A stretch of DNA of 64,000 bases from Candidatus Moanibacter sp. (GCA_965215885.1 CBDCEW010000100.1:96001-160000), one strand, 5' to 3'. Counted from the stretch's first letter, positions 1-10,299 are shown. Numbers and translations are program-made. The notes: a model not told the origin generated them from the letters alone.

Positions 1-249
1 CGGTCCCTTTGGGATGGGGCGGCATTGAGGATATTGCGGCGCGCCTTGCACTATCCCCAATCCCGGCATGCCGGGACATACGTAACCATATTTACGAGTT
101 CGAGTACTAAGTCTCGATTTTGAGGAAAAATCAAAAAAATGTCTACAGATGTGTCGATTTGCCGGCCTCTCGTTCGACCCATGGATAGAGCTGGCCTAGG
201 TGGCCATTCTCAATTAGAAACAGATCAAAATAACCATCAATAAAACAAA

Positions 250-588
250 ATGAATAATTATCTCATTCTCGTACGCGGCGGAAACCCCGGTTTCGAAAAA
301 CTGGACGAAGCGGGCCAGGGAGCCATTTACCAAAAGTGGGGCGCCTTCATGGGCAAGCTCACCGAAAAGGGCGCGTGGGTAGCCGGCGCGCCTCTCGAAA
401 GTACAGGTCGGCTTCTCTGCGAAAAGAGGGAGCCTATGGAGGGAGTGGTCGGCGAGGACGACATTTCGATCGGTGGCTACCTGATTCTCCAGGCGGAGAA
501 CTACGATGCTGTCCTCGAATTGTGCGACGATTGCCCAAGCTTCGAGATCGGCGGAAAACTCGAAATTCGCCAGGCCGGCGAAATGTAG
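250..588 (+). CDS. YCII-related (YciI family) protein
   Basis: 112 aa ORF; NYLILVRG...WGAFMGKL...G.PL...IGGYLILQAENYD...CP...GGKLEIR pattern typical of YCII proteins. Confidence 0.8.
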   Translation: MNNYLILVRGGNPGFEKLDEAGQGAIYQKWGAFMGKLTEKGAWVAGAPLESTGRLLCEKREPMEGVVGEDDISIGGYLILQAENYDAVLELCDDCPSFEIGGKLEIRQAGEM

Positions 589-802
589 TCCACCGCAAGG
601 AGGGCGCGGCCGGTGGCTCTTCATCAGGGTTGCACCGGCCGCGAATGGACCCAAGTGCTCTGCTGGCGAGAGAAAGGCCACTCCTTGTATCACCCCTTTT
701 ACTCGGAAATCACAGCTGGGGGTAAATCCGGCTTCCCGCCCTCTAGTTTCATCTGGAAACCGGAATAAATTATCATCAGGCGTTTTGATAGTAGATGGCA
801 GG

Positions 803-1582
803 TTATGTCGTCGGCGGTTCCGCTTTCATAAAATTATTGTAGCGGAAATGGTCCTCGCCGCGGACCAAAATCGTTTTTGCATAATAGTCCGTCCCTGACT
901 CCTTCACCCCGTCCGGATCGAATCTGACCTCGGGCGTTGTGAATCGTACGGCGTATGCCAGTCGCGGCGTTTCACTCGAGTTGGCGTCCGAGCTGTGCAG
1001 CATGGCCTCGTTAAAAAATACGACGTCGCCCGGGGCCATTTCGAGGTCCAGAGCGCTGGATTCATCCACCTGGTCGGCGGTTAGACCGTGACCGAAAGCG
1101 CTGTCCCGGTCGAGCGGCTGGTATTGCTCGTCCAGCCACTGCCTGTGCGAACCTGGAATCAATCGCAAGCAACCGTTTTCTCGAAAGGTCGGCCCCAAGG
1201 CGACCCAGGCCGTTAGATTGATTCTCGGTTCCATGGGCCAGTAGGTCCCGTCCTGATGCCAAGGGATGAATGTGCTATTGTGGGGTTCTTTATACCAGAA
1301 AACCATGGCCCAAAGCACAATATTCGGGCCCAGTATTCCCTCGGCATGGTCGAGGATTTTCGGGTGCGTCGCCAGCTCATGGGCCCAACGAAAACGTAGA
1401 TTAAAGCCACTCCCTCGCTTATCAGTTGGGCCAGGCGAAGCCTCGGACTGCCCGATCGCCGCAAAGAAAGCCTTACGTCCGGCGGCGGCCTCTTCCTCGC
1501 TCAGCATGGGCACCGGGCCGGTGTAACCTGCCTCCCGGTATTGGTCAGCCGAAAAGCCGCCTGATGGATTATTAGCTTTCAT
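803..1582 (-). CDS. Phytanoyl-CoA dioxygenase (PhyH) family Fe(II)/2OG dioxygenase
   Basis: WHQDGTYW (HxD), GCLRLIPGSH, distal LHSS; start placed at ATG 1582. Confidence 0.85.
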   Translation of the reverse strand: MKANNPSGGFSADQYREAGYTGPVPMLSEEEAAAGRKAFFAAIGQSEASPGPTDKRGSGFNLRFRWAHELATHPKILDHAEGILGPNIVLWAMVFWYKEPHNSTFIPWHQDGTYWPMEPRINLTAWVALGPTFRENGCLRLIPGSHRQWLDEQYQPLDRDSAFGHGLTADQVDESSALDLEMAPGDVVFFNEAMLHSSDANSSETPRLAYAVRFTTPEVRFDPDGVKESGTDYYAKTILVRGEDHFRYNNFMKAEPPTT

Positions 1583-1811
1583 CGTTAACAGCCACACCGA
1601 GCGTTTCAAACACCGCCTTCCACCGCGCGGGGTGGCTCTCGTGGATGATTTCAGGTTCGAATCCCAAATTCAAATAGGTCTTAACTGCCGGCAGGCGCCA
1701 GTCGTCGGTGCAAAGATTGTAGCCCGCCGGCAGTTCAACCGGCGGCAAAGCGTCGAGTCGATTGCAGCGCATCTTCAATTGCGGCCTTTTTTTGAGCTGC
1801 TGTGTCTTCAT
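1572..1811 (-). pseudogene. GNAT acetyltransferase remnant with internal deletion
   Basis: N-terminal RPQLKM...LPAGY joined directly to C-terminal TDDWRLPAVKTYLNLGF; catalytic core absent. Confidence 0.6.
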
Positions 1812-1820
1812 GCAAAGCCC

Positions 1821-2162
1821 TCAAAAATCGTTGAACACATTCACCGGCCCGCCCTTCCGAATCGATTCCCATGCTGCCACCCCAACGGCCACCGACTTGG
1901 CCCCCTCGACCACATCCGGCGTCGGTTGGAGGTCACCCTCAAGGCATTGCTGGAAATGCCGCATGTAGCGGATCACCAGTTCACGATAGTCCGTCGTCCA
2001 GAAACCAATGCCAATCTGTTTGGCGTACGGTTCCAGAACCTCAGCTCGTTTCGCGCAGATACCCCGAAGCTCGTATTTCAGGTCCGGCACATCCTTCAAC
2101 AAGGTCATGGTTGAGCCCATGTTGGTCGGATTCATGCCGATGACGCCCACTCCGATGCCCAT
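1821..2162 (-). pseudogene. Gfo/Idh/MocA oxidoreductase remnant with internal deletion
   Basis: Rossmann start (IGVGVIG...WTTDYRELV) fused to the typical C-terminus (HFQQCL...EGAKSVAVGVAAWESIRKGGPV); only 113 aa. Confidence 0.7.
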
Positions 2163-2199
2163 ACGTCCTCCTCCCGTTTTTGCTGCCTGTCCGGTCCGT

Positions 2200-3225
2200 T
2201 CAGAACCACGTGACCGGCTCGACTTTGCCCGATCTCAGCGACTTCATGGCAGCATCGCAGACTGACACATTCCGCGCGCCGAAGGTGGAATTCATCCAGT
2301 TCTCCCGCTTGCCGTCCAACACGTCCAGAAAGTCCCGGACGGTCAGGTTCCAGCCGTGGCGTTTCTGAATGTTGTTGGACTGCGGCAACAGCTCGGGCTC
2401 GGACGTGCGTCGAAGCAGTTTGCCGTCGACCAACGTCCCGTCGGTGCCGTAGGCCTCAAACATCCTGCCAGAGCCGACGCCATCGCCGCGATTGCAGCCG
2501 CTGGTGACGAATACCTTTCCGATCGCCCCGCTCTCGAACTTCATCGAGACAAGGAAGCAGTCCTCGATGGGCATGTTGGAGCCCGATAGACGATTGCCGC
2601 AGCAATAAACCTCCGTGACGGGGTCGTCTTCCATGACGTACAGAACCATATCCAACCCGTGGCAACCGCCGCCGAATAGAATGTTTTGAGGGTTATCCTT
2701 GTCGATCCGCCACGGGGTTGGACACTTGCCTTTCTCGTCGTACCAGTTCCACATGTCGTGAATGTAGAAGCCCGCCAGGTAGAAGATCTTGCCTATCCGC
2801 CCCTCCCTGGCCGCCTGCATCATGGTGCCCCAGGGATGGGAATACCGCATTGTGTAATCGACCATGATGATCTTGCCGGTGCCCTCTTCAGCCTCCAGGA
2901 GCTTTTTAGCGTCTTCCACGCAGGTCGCCAAGGGCTTTTCAATGAGCACGTGGCAGCCCGCCTCCAAGGCGGCCAGGCACTGCGGGCCGTGCAGGTGGTC
3001 CGGCCCGGCGTCGACCACGACGTCCGGCTTGCAGGATTGCAGCACCTTCAAATAGTCAGTGCCAATGATAGCGTCGGGATACTCCCCTTTCAGTTGCTCG
3101 ATGCGTTCCTCTCGCGTTTCCACGAAGGCCACCGGTTCGGCCCGGCCGTCTGCCTGCATCTCGTTCATTACCGTGGTGCCGGCGCTGCCGGTTCCAATAA
3201 TCAATGCACGGTACTTATCGCTCAT
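2200..3225 (-). CDS. Gfo/Idh/MocA family oxidoreductase
   Basis: GTGSAG dinucleotide-binding motif, HVLIEKP, GGCHGLD; 341 aa. Confidence 0.9.
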   Translation of the reverse strand: MSDKYRALIIGTGSAGTTVMNEMQADGRAEPVAFVETREERIEQLKGEYPDAIIGTDYLKVLQSCKPDVVVDAGPDHLHGPQCLAALEAGCHVLIEKPLATCVEDAKKLLEAEEGTGKIIMVDYTMRYSHPWGTMMQAAREGRIGKIFYLAGFYIHDMWNWYDEKGKCPTPWRIDKDNPQNILFGGGCHGLDMVLYVMEDDPVTEVYCCGNRLSGSNMPIEDCFLVSMKFESGAIGKVFVTSGCNRGDGVGSGRMFEAYGTDGTLVDGKLLRRTSEPELLPQSNNIQKRHGWNLTVRDFLDVLDGKRENWMNSTFGARNVSVCDAAMKSLRSGKVEPVTWF

Positions 3226-3248
3226 ATTCTCTGTTCCATTCTCAGTCG

Positions 3249-4844
3249 TCAGTAATCGTCAACCAATTGCGGATCGATGCCAGGCATCGTATCGAGTTTC
3301 CAAATATCAACGGGGACGTCGTTTTCCTGACGCGCCCCGGGAGTGCTGCGTCCGTCGGCGACATATCTCTTGAGCAAAGCGAGCAGCTCTTTGGCCTTGT
3401 CCCGGTTCTCGGTGTGCAGGTTGTGCGTCTCACCCGGATCGGCCCTCATGTCATAGAGTTGAACGAGGGGTAAACCCGCTTTGGCAGCGTCGGCGTCGTC
3501 GTGAGTCCAGCCGCCTGATCCAGGGCAAAGCACCAGCTTCCAGCGGCCGTCACGAATGGCGAACTTGCCCGCAATTGAATGATGCACCACTGTGATGCGG
3601 CCAGTTGCGCCAGTTTCGCGGAACAGTGGCATCATGCTTACGCTGTCCTCGCCTGCGTCATCCGGAAGAGTGGCGCCAACGATTTCGGCGACGGTCGCCA
3701 TCAGGTCGGAGAGGCACACAATGTGGTCGCATTCAGTTCCGGGCCGAATAACGCCGGGCCATCTGGCTACACACGGAATACGGTGACCCCCATCCCAAGC
3801 GTCTGATTTGTAACCTCTGTAGGGACCGCTGGGGAAATGCCCCTGCGCCTCCATCTCTTTTGCCCCAATGTAAGGGGCGCAGCCGTTGTCGCTCGTGAAG
3901 ATAACGAGAGTGTTGTCCGCCACGTTGTATTTTTCCAGCGACCGCAACACGCGACCGAATACGTCATCGGTCTCAATCACCAGGTCAGCGTAGAGGTTGT
4001 TCAGACCGCTCTTGCCGATCCACGGCCTGTTGACCGACAGCGGCGTGTGCGGCGAAGTCATGGGCAAATAGAGGAAGAATGGCTCGTCTGCCGCCGCCAG
4101 GTCTCGGATGTAATCGTCCGCCTTCTTGGCCCAGGTCGGCAGCAGTTGCTCGAAATGCCAGTAAGGCATGGCCGGCCCCGAGTAGCTGGCCAGGTTATCG
4201 CCGACCAGACGGGACGGCAGGAACTCAGATGGAACGCCGACGGTGCGGTCGTCTTCGATGAAGCAATAGGGAGGCCAGTTGGGGATGTCCACGCCGAAGT
4301 AATAGTCGAAGCCGCGCGTGGTTGGCCCACCGGTGGTTGGTTTCGAAAATGCGTTTTGCCAACGTGCCTGTTGTTCGGGCGTAGCTTCCAGGTCGTCATC
4401 AGCTACCTGTGTTGTATCCCGATGACGCTGGAAACCCCTAGGATGAAAATCCTCCGCGTTCGCCTCGAAATCCCATCCCTGTCCCAAATGCCATTTGCCG
4501 ATGCAGGCGGTGTGATAGCCGTGCTGTTTAAGCAACTCTGGTACGGTGAGGCGATCTGCGGCAATCAAGGGATCTCCGTAGAGGCCGACAACCCATTTCT
4601 GCAGGTTCGAGCGCCAATTGTAACGTCCGGTCAGCACGCTGTAGCGCGACGGCGAGCATACTGCCGAACTAGAGTGTGCATCCGTGAACATCATACCCTC
4701 GCTGGCCAGGCGGTCGAGGTTCTGGGTATGGATCTTCCCCTCGGGATTCAAGCACGAGGCGTCGCCGTAGCCCATGTCGTCGACGAAGAAGTAGACGATG
4801 TTTGGTCTGCTTGATTGCGTTGCCAAATCCCGATACACGCCCAA
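3249..4844 (-). CDS. Arylsulfatase (formylglycine-dependent)
   Basis: PNIVYFFVDDMGYGD, CSPSR motif, GKWHLG, FTSDNG, GGHRIP; true start may be TTG 4826. Confidence 0.92.
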   Translation of the reverse strand: MGVYRDLATQSSRPNIVYFFVDDMGYGDASCLNPEGKIHTQNLDRLASEGMMFTDAHSSSAVCSPSRYSVLTGRYNWRSNLQKWVVGLYGDPLIAADRLTVPELLKQHGYHTACIGKWHLGQGWDFEANAEDFHPRGFQRHRDTTQVADDDLEATPEQQARWQNAFSKPTTGGPTTRGFDYYFGVDIPNWPPYCFIEDDRTVGVPSEFLPSRLVGDNLASYSGPAMPYWHFEQLLPTWAKKADDYIRDLAAADEPFFLYLPMTSPHTPLSVNRPWIGKSGLNNLYADLVIETDDVFGRVLRSLEKYNVADNTLVIFTSDNGCAPYIGAKEMEAQGHFPSGPYRGYKSDAWDGGHRIPCVARWPGVIRPGTECDHIVCLSDLMATVAEIVGATLPDDAGEDSVSMMPLFRETGATGRITVVHHSIAGKFAIRDGRWKLVLCPGSGGWTHDDADAAKAGLPLVQLYDMRADPGETHNLHTENRDKAKELLALLKRYVADGRSTPGARQENDVPVDIWKLDTMPGIDPQLVDDY

Positions 4845-4895
4845 CGCTTAGCGTAGCCGCGAGGGCGCCAGCCCGAGCTTGCTACTGCGTTTGGT
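4839..4895 (-). other. attC site
   Basis: Minus strand ACCAAAC...imperfect palindrome...GTTGGGC directly upstream of the sulfatase. Confidence 0.65.
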
Positions 4896-5117
4896 TCTAA
4901 GTTTGTTGTTGATTGTTTCGCCCACAATTTTCGATCTTCCTCAGCTCTGTAATTCTGTAAATTCTCAATCACAAATTCGGTCGCTCTTCGGCGTTGGCTA
5001 TGGTTGGCCACAAGAGATCACAAAGAACGCAAAAGGAAAAGGGTTTTCTGTTCTCTGCGTTCTTTCCCGTCTCGGCAGAGCGTAGCGTAGACGGATGTGG
5101 CCATTCCTGTTTTCGAC

Positions 5118-5176
5118 TTAGAACGTCACGGGTGACGCATGTGGAACGTCGCGTCGCCTCCGCCGTTTGGTTCGCT
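5118..5176 (-). other. attC site (59 bp)
   Basis: AGCGAAC-caaacggcggaggcgacgc...gcgtcacccgtgac-GTTCTAA just after a stop codon (5181). Confidence 0.7.
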
Positions 5177-5365
5177 GCTTCTACTGCTCTTCCAACCACT
5201 CGTGTCCGAGCCGTGTGGTGCCATCTTGAAGGATGAAGGGCATGTAGCCCTGGCCAGGATGAAGCGAATTGCTATCGGTGCGCTCCCTGCCTGCGGTGAT
5301 GAAACGGCCCTCAACGAGGTGCCAGAGCAGCCAGCCGATCCCGTGCCGATATGCATCCGAATATC

Positions 5366-5959
5366 TCAATGTGTTGCGCTGTCCCCCCAAATCTCTTTCA
5401 AGCGCCGATCCCGACCACAACCCCAACGATAATATCGATAGCGAACAGGGCTTTTTTTGTAATAATCCTGATGGTGACTCTCTTCACCCTTAATGGGATA
5501 GAAGGTTGATGCGTTTAAAATAGGCGTAACAACCTTTTTGTTGGGGAATCGCTCAACAACCTTCTTTCGAGACTGTTCAGCCAATTTCCTTTCCTCTTCG
5601 TTTGCGACAAAGATAGCACTCAAATAACTCGGACCCTTGTCGCAAAACTGCCCTGTTGCATCGAATGGGTCGATTTGAACCCAGTAATAATCTAACAGAT
5701 CTTTGTAACTGATTTTTTTGGGGTCATAAGTGATTTCGACGGCTTCATAATGACCTTCGTGGTTACCGTTGTAAGTCGGATTTTTGATTGTTCCACCCGT
5801 AAATCCCGAAACCACATCGATGACACCTTCAAGTTTCTCAAAATCTGCTTCCATACACCAGAAGCAACCACCCGCCAACACAGTTTTTTCCGCCACAGCG
5901 TTAGAAACACAGATCAGTAAGCCGATCGACAAGATAAATGCACATTTGTTTTTCATCAT
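5366..5959 (-). CDS. msrA: Peptide methionine sulfoxide reductase A with N-terminal signal peptide
   Basis: AGGCFWC, EAVEITYDP, GQFCDKG, HQDYYKK motifs. Confidence 0.93.
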   Translation of the reverse strand: MMKNKCAFILSIGLLICVSNAVAEKTVLAGGCFWCMEADFEKLEGVIDVVSGFTGGTIKNPTYNGNHEGHYEAVEITYDPKKISYKDLLDYYWVQIDPFDATGQFCDKGPSYLSAIFVANEEERKLAEQSRKKVVERFPNKKVVTPILNASTFYPIKGEESHHQDYYKKSPVRYRYYRWGCGRDRRLKEIWGDSATH

Positions 5960-5999
5960 GTTCGCCGTTCGTTAAGTCGCTTTGCCTTGTTGGGTTCAG

Positions 6000-6257
6000 T
6001 CAGACTTGGACAACTTCTGTAATCCGGACCTCCTTGACCGCATGATCGAGCCAGTAAGAGAAGAGGAATTCATCGATTAGGATATTCTCGATGAGTCTTC
6101 CCGATTCATCCGAGAGCTGATAATCGCTGATTTGGAAAGGATGAGCAGCGATTCTATCGGCGAGGTCTAATACTTTTCTCTGTTTCTGTTTCGGCAGTGT
6201 TATAAGAAACGACGCGGCTTCCATTGAAAGATGGCTTCTATATTCGGGTTCAGTCAT
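6000..6257 (-). CDS. Putative RelE/ParE-like toxin
   Basis: 85 aa, overlaps the upstream small gene; ends FSYWLDHAVKEVRITEV as in RelE-fold toxins. Confidence 0.55.
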   Translation of the reverse strand: MTEPEYRSHLSMEAASFLITLPKQKQRKVLDLADRIAAHPFQISDYQLSDESGRLIENILIDEFLFSYWLDHAVKEVRITEVVQV

Positions 6258-6453
6258 GCCCCAGCTCACTTCTGAGCTCTCCTGTACCCTTCTTTTTTCC
6301 TTCGGCCATCTCATCGAGCCGCCGAGCAGTCTCCTTTTTCCACTCCGGCGTATCCTGACCCAGTTTTATCAGAAAAGCTGAGATCTCACGTCTCTCGGTA
6401 TCAGAGAGACTTGAAAGCTGCTGTTTTAAGGCGAGAAGTGCCGTTCCGGTCAT
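6250..6453 (-). CDS. Putative antitoxin
   Basis: 67 aa helical protein (WKKETARRLDEM); promoter-like TTGACG...AAGAAT upstream; coupled to the toxin-like gene. Confidence 0.55.
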   Translation of the reverse strand: MTGTALLALKQQLSSLSDTERREISAFLIKLGQDTPEWKKETARRLDEMAEGKKKGTGELRSELGHD

Positions 6454-6483
6454 AATTCGATTCTTCCTTTTCTTGGTGAGACG

Positions 6484-7584
6484 TCAATACTTGGAATTAT
6501 CGTGAAAATTCCCGCAACCTACTGTCGCCCACGGCATCATTTCTGTCTGAATCGGTTTTCCTTCTTTTAGCGCCTGGGCGCACGTCAAGTTCAAGTAATG
6601 GTCCTGTGACGCTTCGGCCAGCGAATAGAAAGTTTCTCCGGTGTCTACATATTTGGCCATGTTGGTCAGACAGGTGGCTATTGCAATCTCATCGTCGGTG
6701 AGCGGAGCCGGTGCGAATGGAATCTTGTAGGCCCATTCATCGCCGATCTGGATTCCTTTGAAGTAAATTCCTTCCAGGTTCCCATCGACGCCGGCTGCGT
6801 GACGGACGAACTCAAGTTTGACCGGCGTCAGGAAATCTTTCAGGCAGGTGAGCTCCTTGTTGACAATCTCGCCGCGCACGCCGCGCACAAGCACTCGCTC
6901 ATTGCGTATCCAGGAGAAATACTGATCGCCCGTGAAGTCAAACACACCGAGTTTGTCCCCAAAATCGAAATGGAAAAACTGTTGCGCCGAATCGCGGATT
7001 TCTTCTTTGTCCGGCGGACCACGGCGGTCCGGTCCGGCTATGAGCGGCGATTTGAACGCGTATCCGGTGATGGTGCAGCATTCACACGTGATTCCGAGCA
7101 ACCGCCGGATCAAGCTTATGCCGTGATATCCGTGCGCTGCAGAAACCTGAGCCTGCGAAACAGCGCCGAGTTTGCCGCTTTGGGCTACGGCAATGCGTGC
7201 CGCATGATGCGGCTGCAAGTGGTATTGTTCGGCAACCTGAATCCTCGCTCCCAGCTTGTTCAGGGCCACCAGTCCTTCGACATCCGGAGCCGGCGGCGTT
7301 TCAGAGAGCACCGGTATGTCCCGCTCAGCGAGCAGCTCGATAACTCCCGGATTGACGGGCCATGGCACACTGGTCACCACAAAATCGGACTCGGTGTGGC
7401 CGATCAATTCTTCCGCTGACTCGAACGTCTTCACACCCCATTGCTGTGTAAGTTCCGCTCGCTTTTCCGCGTTCCGCGAAGTCACTCCTGTCACTTCAAA
7501 CCGGTCCGCACATGCACGTGCGATTCGCAGGTAGAATTCCGCGCGCCAGCCCGACCCGACAATTCCGAAGGCAATTTTGTCCAC
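6484..7584 (-). CDS. Gfo/Idh/MocA family oxidoreductase
   Basis: FGIVGSGWRAEFY, VLSETPPA, AHGYHG; GTG start overlaps the upstream stop. Confidence 0.88.
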   Translation of the reverse strand: MDKIAFGIVGSGWRAEFYLRIARACADRFEVTGVTSRNAEKRAELTQQWGVKTFESAEELIGHTESDFVVTSVPWPVNPGVIELLAERDIPVLSETPPAPDVEGLVALNKLGARIQVAEQYHLQPHHAARIAVAQSGKLGAVSQAQVSAAHGYHGISLIRRLLGITCECCTITGYAFKSPLIAGPDRRGPPDKEEIRDSAQQFFHFDFGDKLGVFDFTGDQYFSWIRNERVLVRGVRGEIVNKELTCLKDFLTPVKLEFVRHAAGVDGNLEGIYFKGIQIGDEWAYKIPFAPAPLTDDEIAIATCLTNMAKYVDTGETFYSLAEASQDHYLNLTCAQALKEGKPIQTEMMPWATVGCGNFHDNSKY

Positions 7585-8663
7585 TATTTTTCTTTCTGCT
7601 TCAGTTTTCTTCCGTCTCTGCACCCGCCCTTGCCGGAGTAGGGCATACCCGGGTCCCAGTCGGATGGCGCGGGCGGGTTAAACGTGTCGAGTGGAAACGA
7701 GACTGCGCAACGGTAGCGACTGGATAGGTATGCCGCTTCGCATACCTGCAACGACATGAGCGAACTCTCCGGCACTCTGTAATCCGTGGTCCCGTTGTCC
7801 ATATCTACGGCCATGTTTTCGAGGTAGATCTGATGCTTGTTTATGGCGGCCTCCGGTTCAGGTGCGATGAAGACGCCTTCGGGATGTTCCGGATTCAGCA
7901 GCTTGTAACTCTGTTCGCCAAAGGCATATTCGATGAAGCCTTGAGTGCCCATTATCCTGAATATGGTGCATTCTCCATGGTCCATGATCGAAATGTAGTC
8001 CCCGGTCTGTTGAACACAGCGGATTCCACTCTCCGTTACGACGTAAGTCACCCCCTCAGTTTCTACCTGCATGCCGTCTCGGTAGGTGCGTGTCGAACAA
8101 TCGCAAGCCGCCAGCACGTGATCGATAGGTTCATTGCCAGTGAGGGTAATGAAATAATTGATCCAATGAATGCCTGCGTTGATGATATCCCATTTGTCGC
8201 ATTCAATCTCGACGAGTCGTAGATCGCCCACTGCGCCATGTTTGCACTTCGCGATGATGTCCTTGCCGCAACCGTCCGCGATCATGTTGTGGGGAACGAC
8301 CATGGGAAGATTCCTGCCCTCAATACGTTCCAGAATTTCGGCGCCCGCTTCCGCAGTGTCGCCGAGCGGCTTCTCGACCAGTATTCCTTTCAACGGTAGT
8401 ATCAAAGCATCCAGTGTAATCTCGCGATGGGAAGGGGCCCAAGTGGACACACACACCACCTCTGTCGGGCATTCGGCCAACATCTCCTTGTGGGACGTGA
8501 ACGTGCGAATCCCCGGGTACATCTCTTCGATCACACGACACACTTCCGCCCGCATGTCGCATGCGGCCACAAGTTTGTAACGCTCCGAGGCAGCTAGGGC
8601 GTTCAGGCTCAGACGCCCGCCAGTCCCTGCACCCACCACACTGGCCGTGTAGCTATCAGTCAT
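7584..8663 (-). CDS. Gfo/Idh/MocA family oxidoreductase
   Basis: VVGAGTGG, GILVEKPLG, NAGIHW; 359 aa. Confidence 0.9.
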   Translation of the reverse strand: MTDSYTASVVGAGTGGRLSLNALAASERYKLVAACDMRAEVCRVIEEMYPGIRTFTSHKEMLAECPTEVVCVSTWAPSHREITLDALILPLKGILVEKPLGDTAEAGAEILERIEGRNLPMVVPHNMIADGCGKDIIAKCKHGAVGDLRLVEIECDKWDIINAGIHWINYFITLTGNEPIDHVLAACDCSTRTYRDGMQVETEGVTYVVTESGIRCVQQTGDYISIMDHGECTIFRIMGTQGFIEYAFGEQSYKLLNPEHPEGVFIAPEPEAAINKHQIYLENMAVDMDNGTTDYRVPESSLMSLQVCEAAYLSSRYRCAVSFPLDTFNPPAPSDWDPGMPYSGKGGCRDGRKLKQKEK

Positions 8664-8688
8664 ATTGCATCCTTTACTGCTATCGTTT

Positions 8689-8753
8689 CATCGAACGCCG
8701 CAATCGGCGCGCGCCGTACGTGTTTAGCGTGATGGCAGATGCATTAGTTCGAT
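8689..8753 (-). other. attC-like site (right half clear, left half overlaps a dispersed repeat)
   Basis: ATCGAAC...cgcgcgccgattgcggc-GTTCGAT about 25 bp before the Gfo start; 8716-8758 recurs at 54216-54258. Confidence 0.5.
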
Positions 8754-8997
8754 GTTGGAAGCAAGGGGTCAAGCCTTAGAAGTGTCTGTTTTTCGGGGTC
8801 AGCTGCCTCAATCCTGCCGTACGGCAGGACCCTAAGCCTGCGAAGGGCGGTTTGTAAGGCCTGACCCCCTCAGCGAAGCGGAAAAACAGCCACTTCTTAA
8901 GGTCATGACCCCGAACGGCGAATAGTTCCGCAAGAACTTTAAGACCATAAGCCATCGCGCTATACACGTACCACGCCTCAGTGCGCGGATCGATTCC

Positions 8998-9090
8998 ATG
9001 CCAAGAACGCTTCGTTTCGAATATGCCGGTGAGGTATACCACGTCAATAACCGTGGCAACTGTTGCAGCCGGACCTTCGAGAAAGGGGCT
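8998..9090 (+). pseudogene. REP-associated tyrosine transposase (RAYT/Y1) N-terminal fragment
   Basis: MPRTLRFEYAGEVYHVNNRGN is the typical RAYT N-terminus; GGGGTCA/TGACCCC motifs nearby (8765-8910). Confidence 0.7.
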
Positions 9091-9399
9091 CCTAAGACTC
9101 GTATCAGAAATGTCCTGTTAACTCCCGATCCCTTACATGAATCCGGGGATGACGAAGCGGAGGCATTCCGGGCGAAGCGGGTTCAAATGACACGGCCGGG
9201 GTCAACACCGGTAATGATGGAAACAGACCGGAGGTCTAGTAGCCAGCGTTCTCCGGTGAAGCGGCCTTGATCGGAAGCGCGTTGTCAAGCGTCGACTGCA
9301 TCCGTCTTGTGCTGGCAGCGTACGGTACGCGTTGCAAGCTCGGCAGGCATTATGGCCGATGGCTCCTCCTGCGCTGGCCGGAGTTGTCTGAGACGGCTG

Positions 9400-9690
9400 G
9401 TTCGCACTCAGATTCTTGCGTATCAGAACAGATACTATCGATGGGTCTCGCTCCAAGATGATCGTCTCTTCGGTGATCTCGAATCCGCATTTTCTGTAGA
9501 ATCGCAATGCTCTTTCATTTGTTTTGGTAACGTATCCTTCCATCGATCGCATTCCATTCGACGATGCCCAACCTGTAAGGCTGTCCATTAGCAATATCGC
9601 AGCGCGTGTTCCTCTATACTTCGGATCTACCCAAACGCCGTTGACCACTGCTACTCCTTTTCTCTGCTTGTGCTTTAAACTTCCCCCGAT
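9400..9690 (-). pseudogene. 5'-truncated GNAT acetyltransferase cassette gene
   Basis: VWVDPKYRG...NERALRFYRKCGF motif A; N-terminus missing; followed by the left arm of an attC (TGCGAAC, ~9400). Confidence 0.65.
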
Positions 9691-9753
9691 TCCGACCGTC
9701 AGCGAGGAGGCGCGCCAATAGGCGTTACCTCGCGCGCCTGGTGTTCTCTACCT

Positions 9754-9835
9754 TTATTTTTCAAGTAATTCACCTTCCACGTATTGGTGAATCAATCCGG
9801 AGATCAAAGCTTGGTAAGGGATTCCTTTCTGGACC
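9754..9835 (-). pseudogene. C-terminal fragment of a CopG/BrnA-like antitoxin
   Basis: KGIPYQALISGLIHQYVEGEL; fused directly to a half attC. Confidence 0.6.
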
Positions 9836-9892
9836 TCCTTTTTGCAGTAGCAAAAAGCGGGACAAGCAGGGTTGTCCGTATTGATCGCATTG

Positions 9893-10282
9893 TTAGGCAA
9901 CGCCGATCGCAGATGATATTGACCATAGCAAAAACCCACCAAACGCGACTCCGAGCAAACATGGAAGGCGAATTGCCCACTGCGGCCAAGTAGCTAAGTA
10001 CTCTATGAATTTCTCAAGACGAGGAACACCAACAATGGGAAGCGTAATGGCCGCTAGTAAAATTAACGCTGCAAGTGCTTTGAATATTGTAGGAGTGTAG
10101 CAAACTGGGGCAGTAAGCCAGATCAATGCGGCTAGCAGCAGGCGGACGGCGACTGCTGTCCAAAGCCCGAGCCCTCCGGACATGAATCCGCGAACCAGCC
10201 CAATTAGTCTGTGCGGCAGCAATATCCCGTACATAGAGAAGACGACAATTACTACCGAAAAGATCGCAAGTGCTATAGCCAT
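9893..10282 (-). CDS. Small integral membrane protein (cassette gene)
   Basis: Four hydrophobic segments; cassette starts GTTAGGC (10306) and its stop lies within GCCTAAC (9898-9892). Confidence 0.75.
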   Translation of the reverse strand: MAIALAIFSVVIVVFSMYGILLPHRLIGLVRGFMSGGLGLWTAVAVRLLLAALIWLTAPVCYTPTIFKALAALILLAAITLPIVGVPRLEKFIEYLATWPQWAIRLPCLLGVAFGGFLLWSISSAIGVA

Positions 10283-10299
10283 TGACTGATTATTAAGCT

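Noticed and set aside
3837..4814. Long antisense ORFs (also 12142-12966, 33463-34350, 37871-39007, 41141-41923)
   Set aside because: Shadows of well-supported genes on the opposite strand in GC-rich DNA, with no motifs
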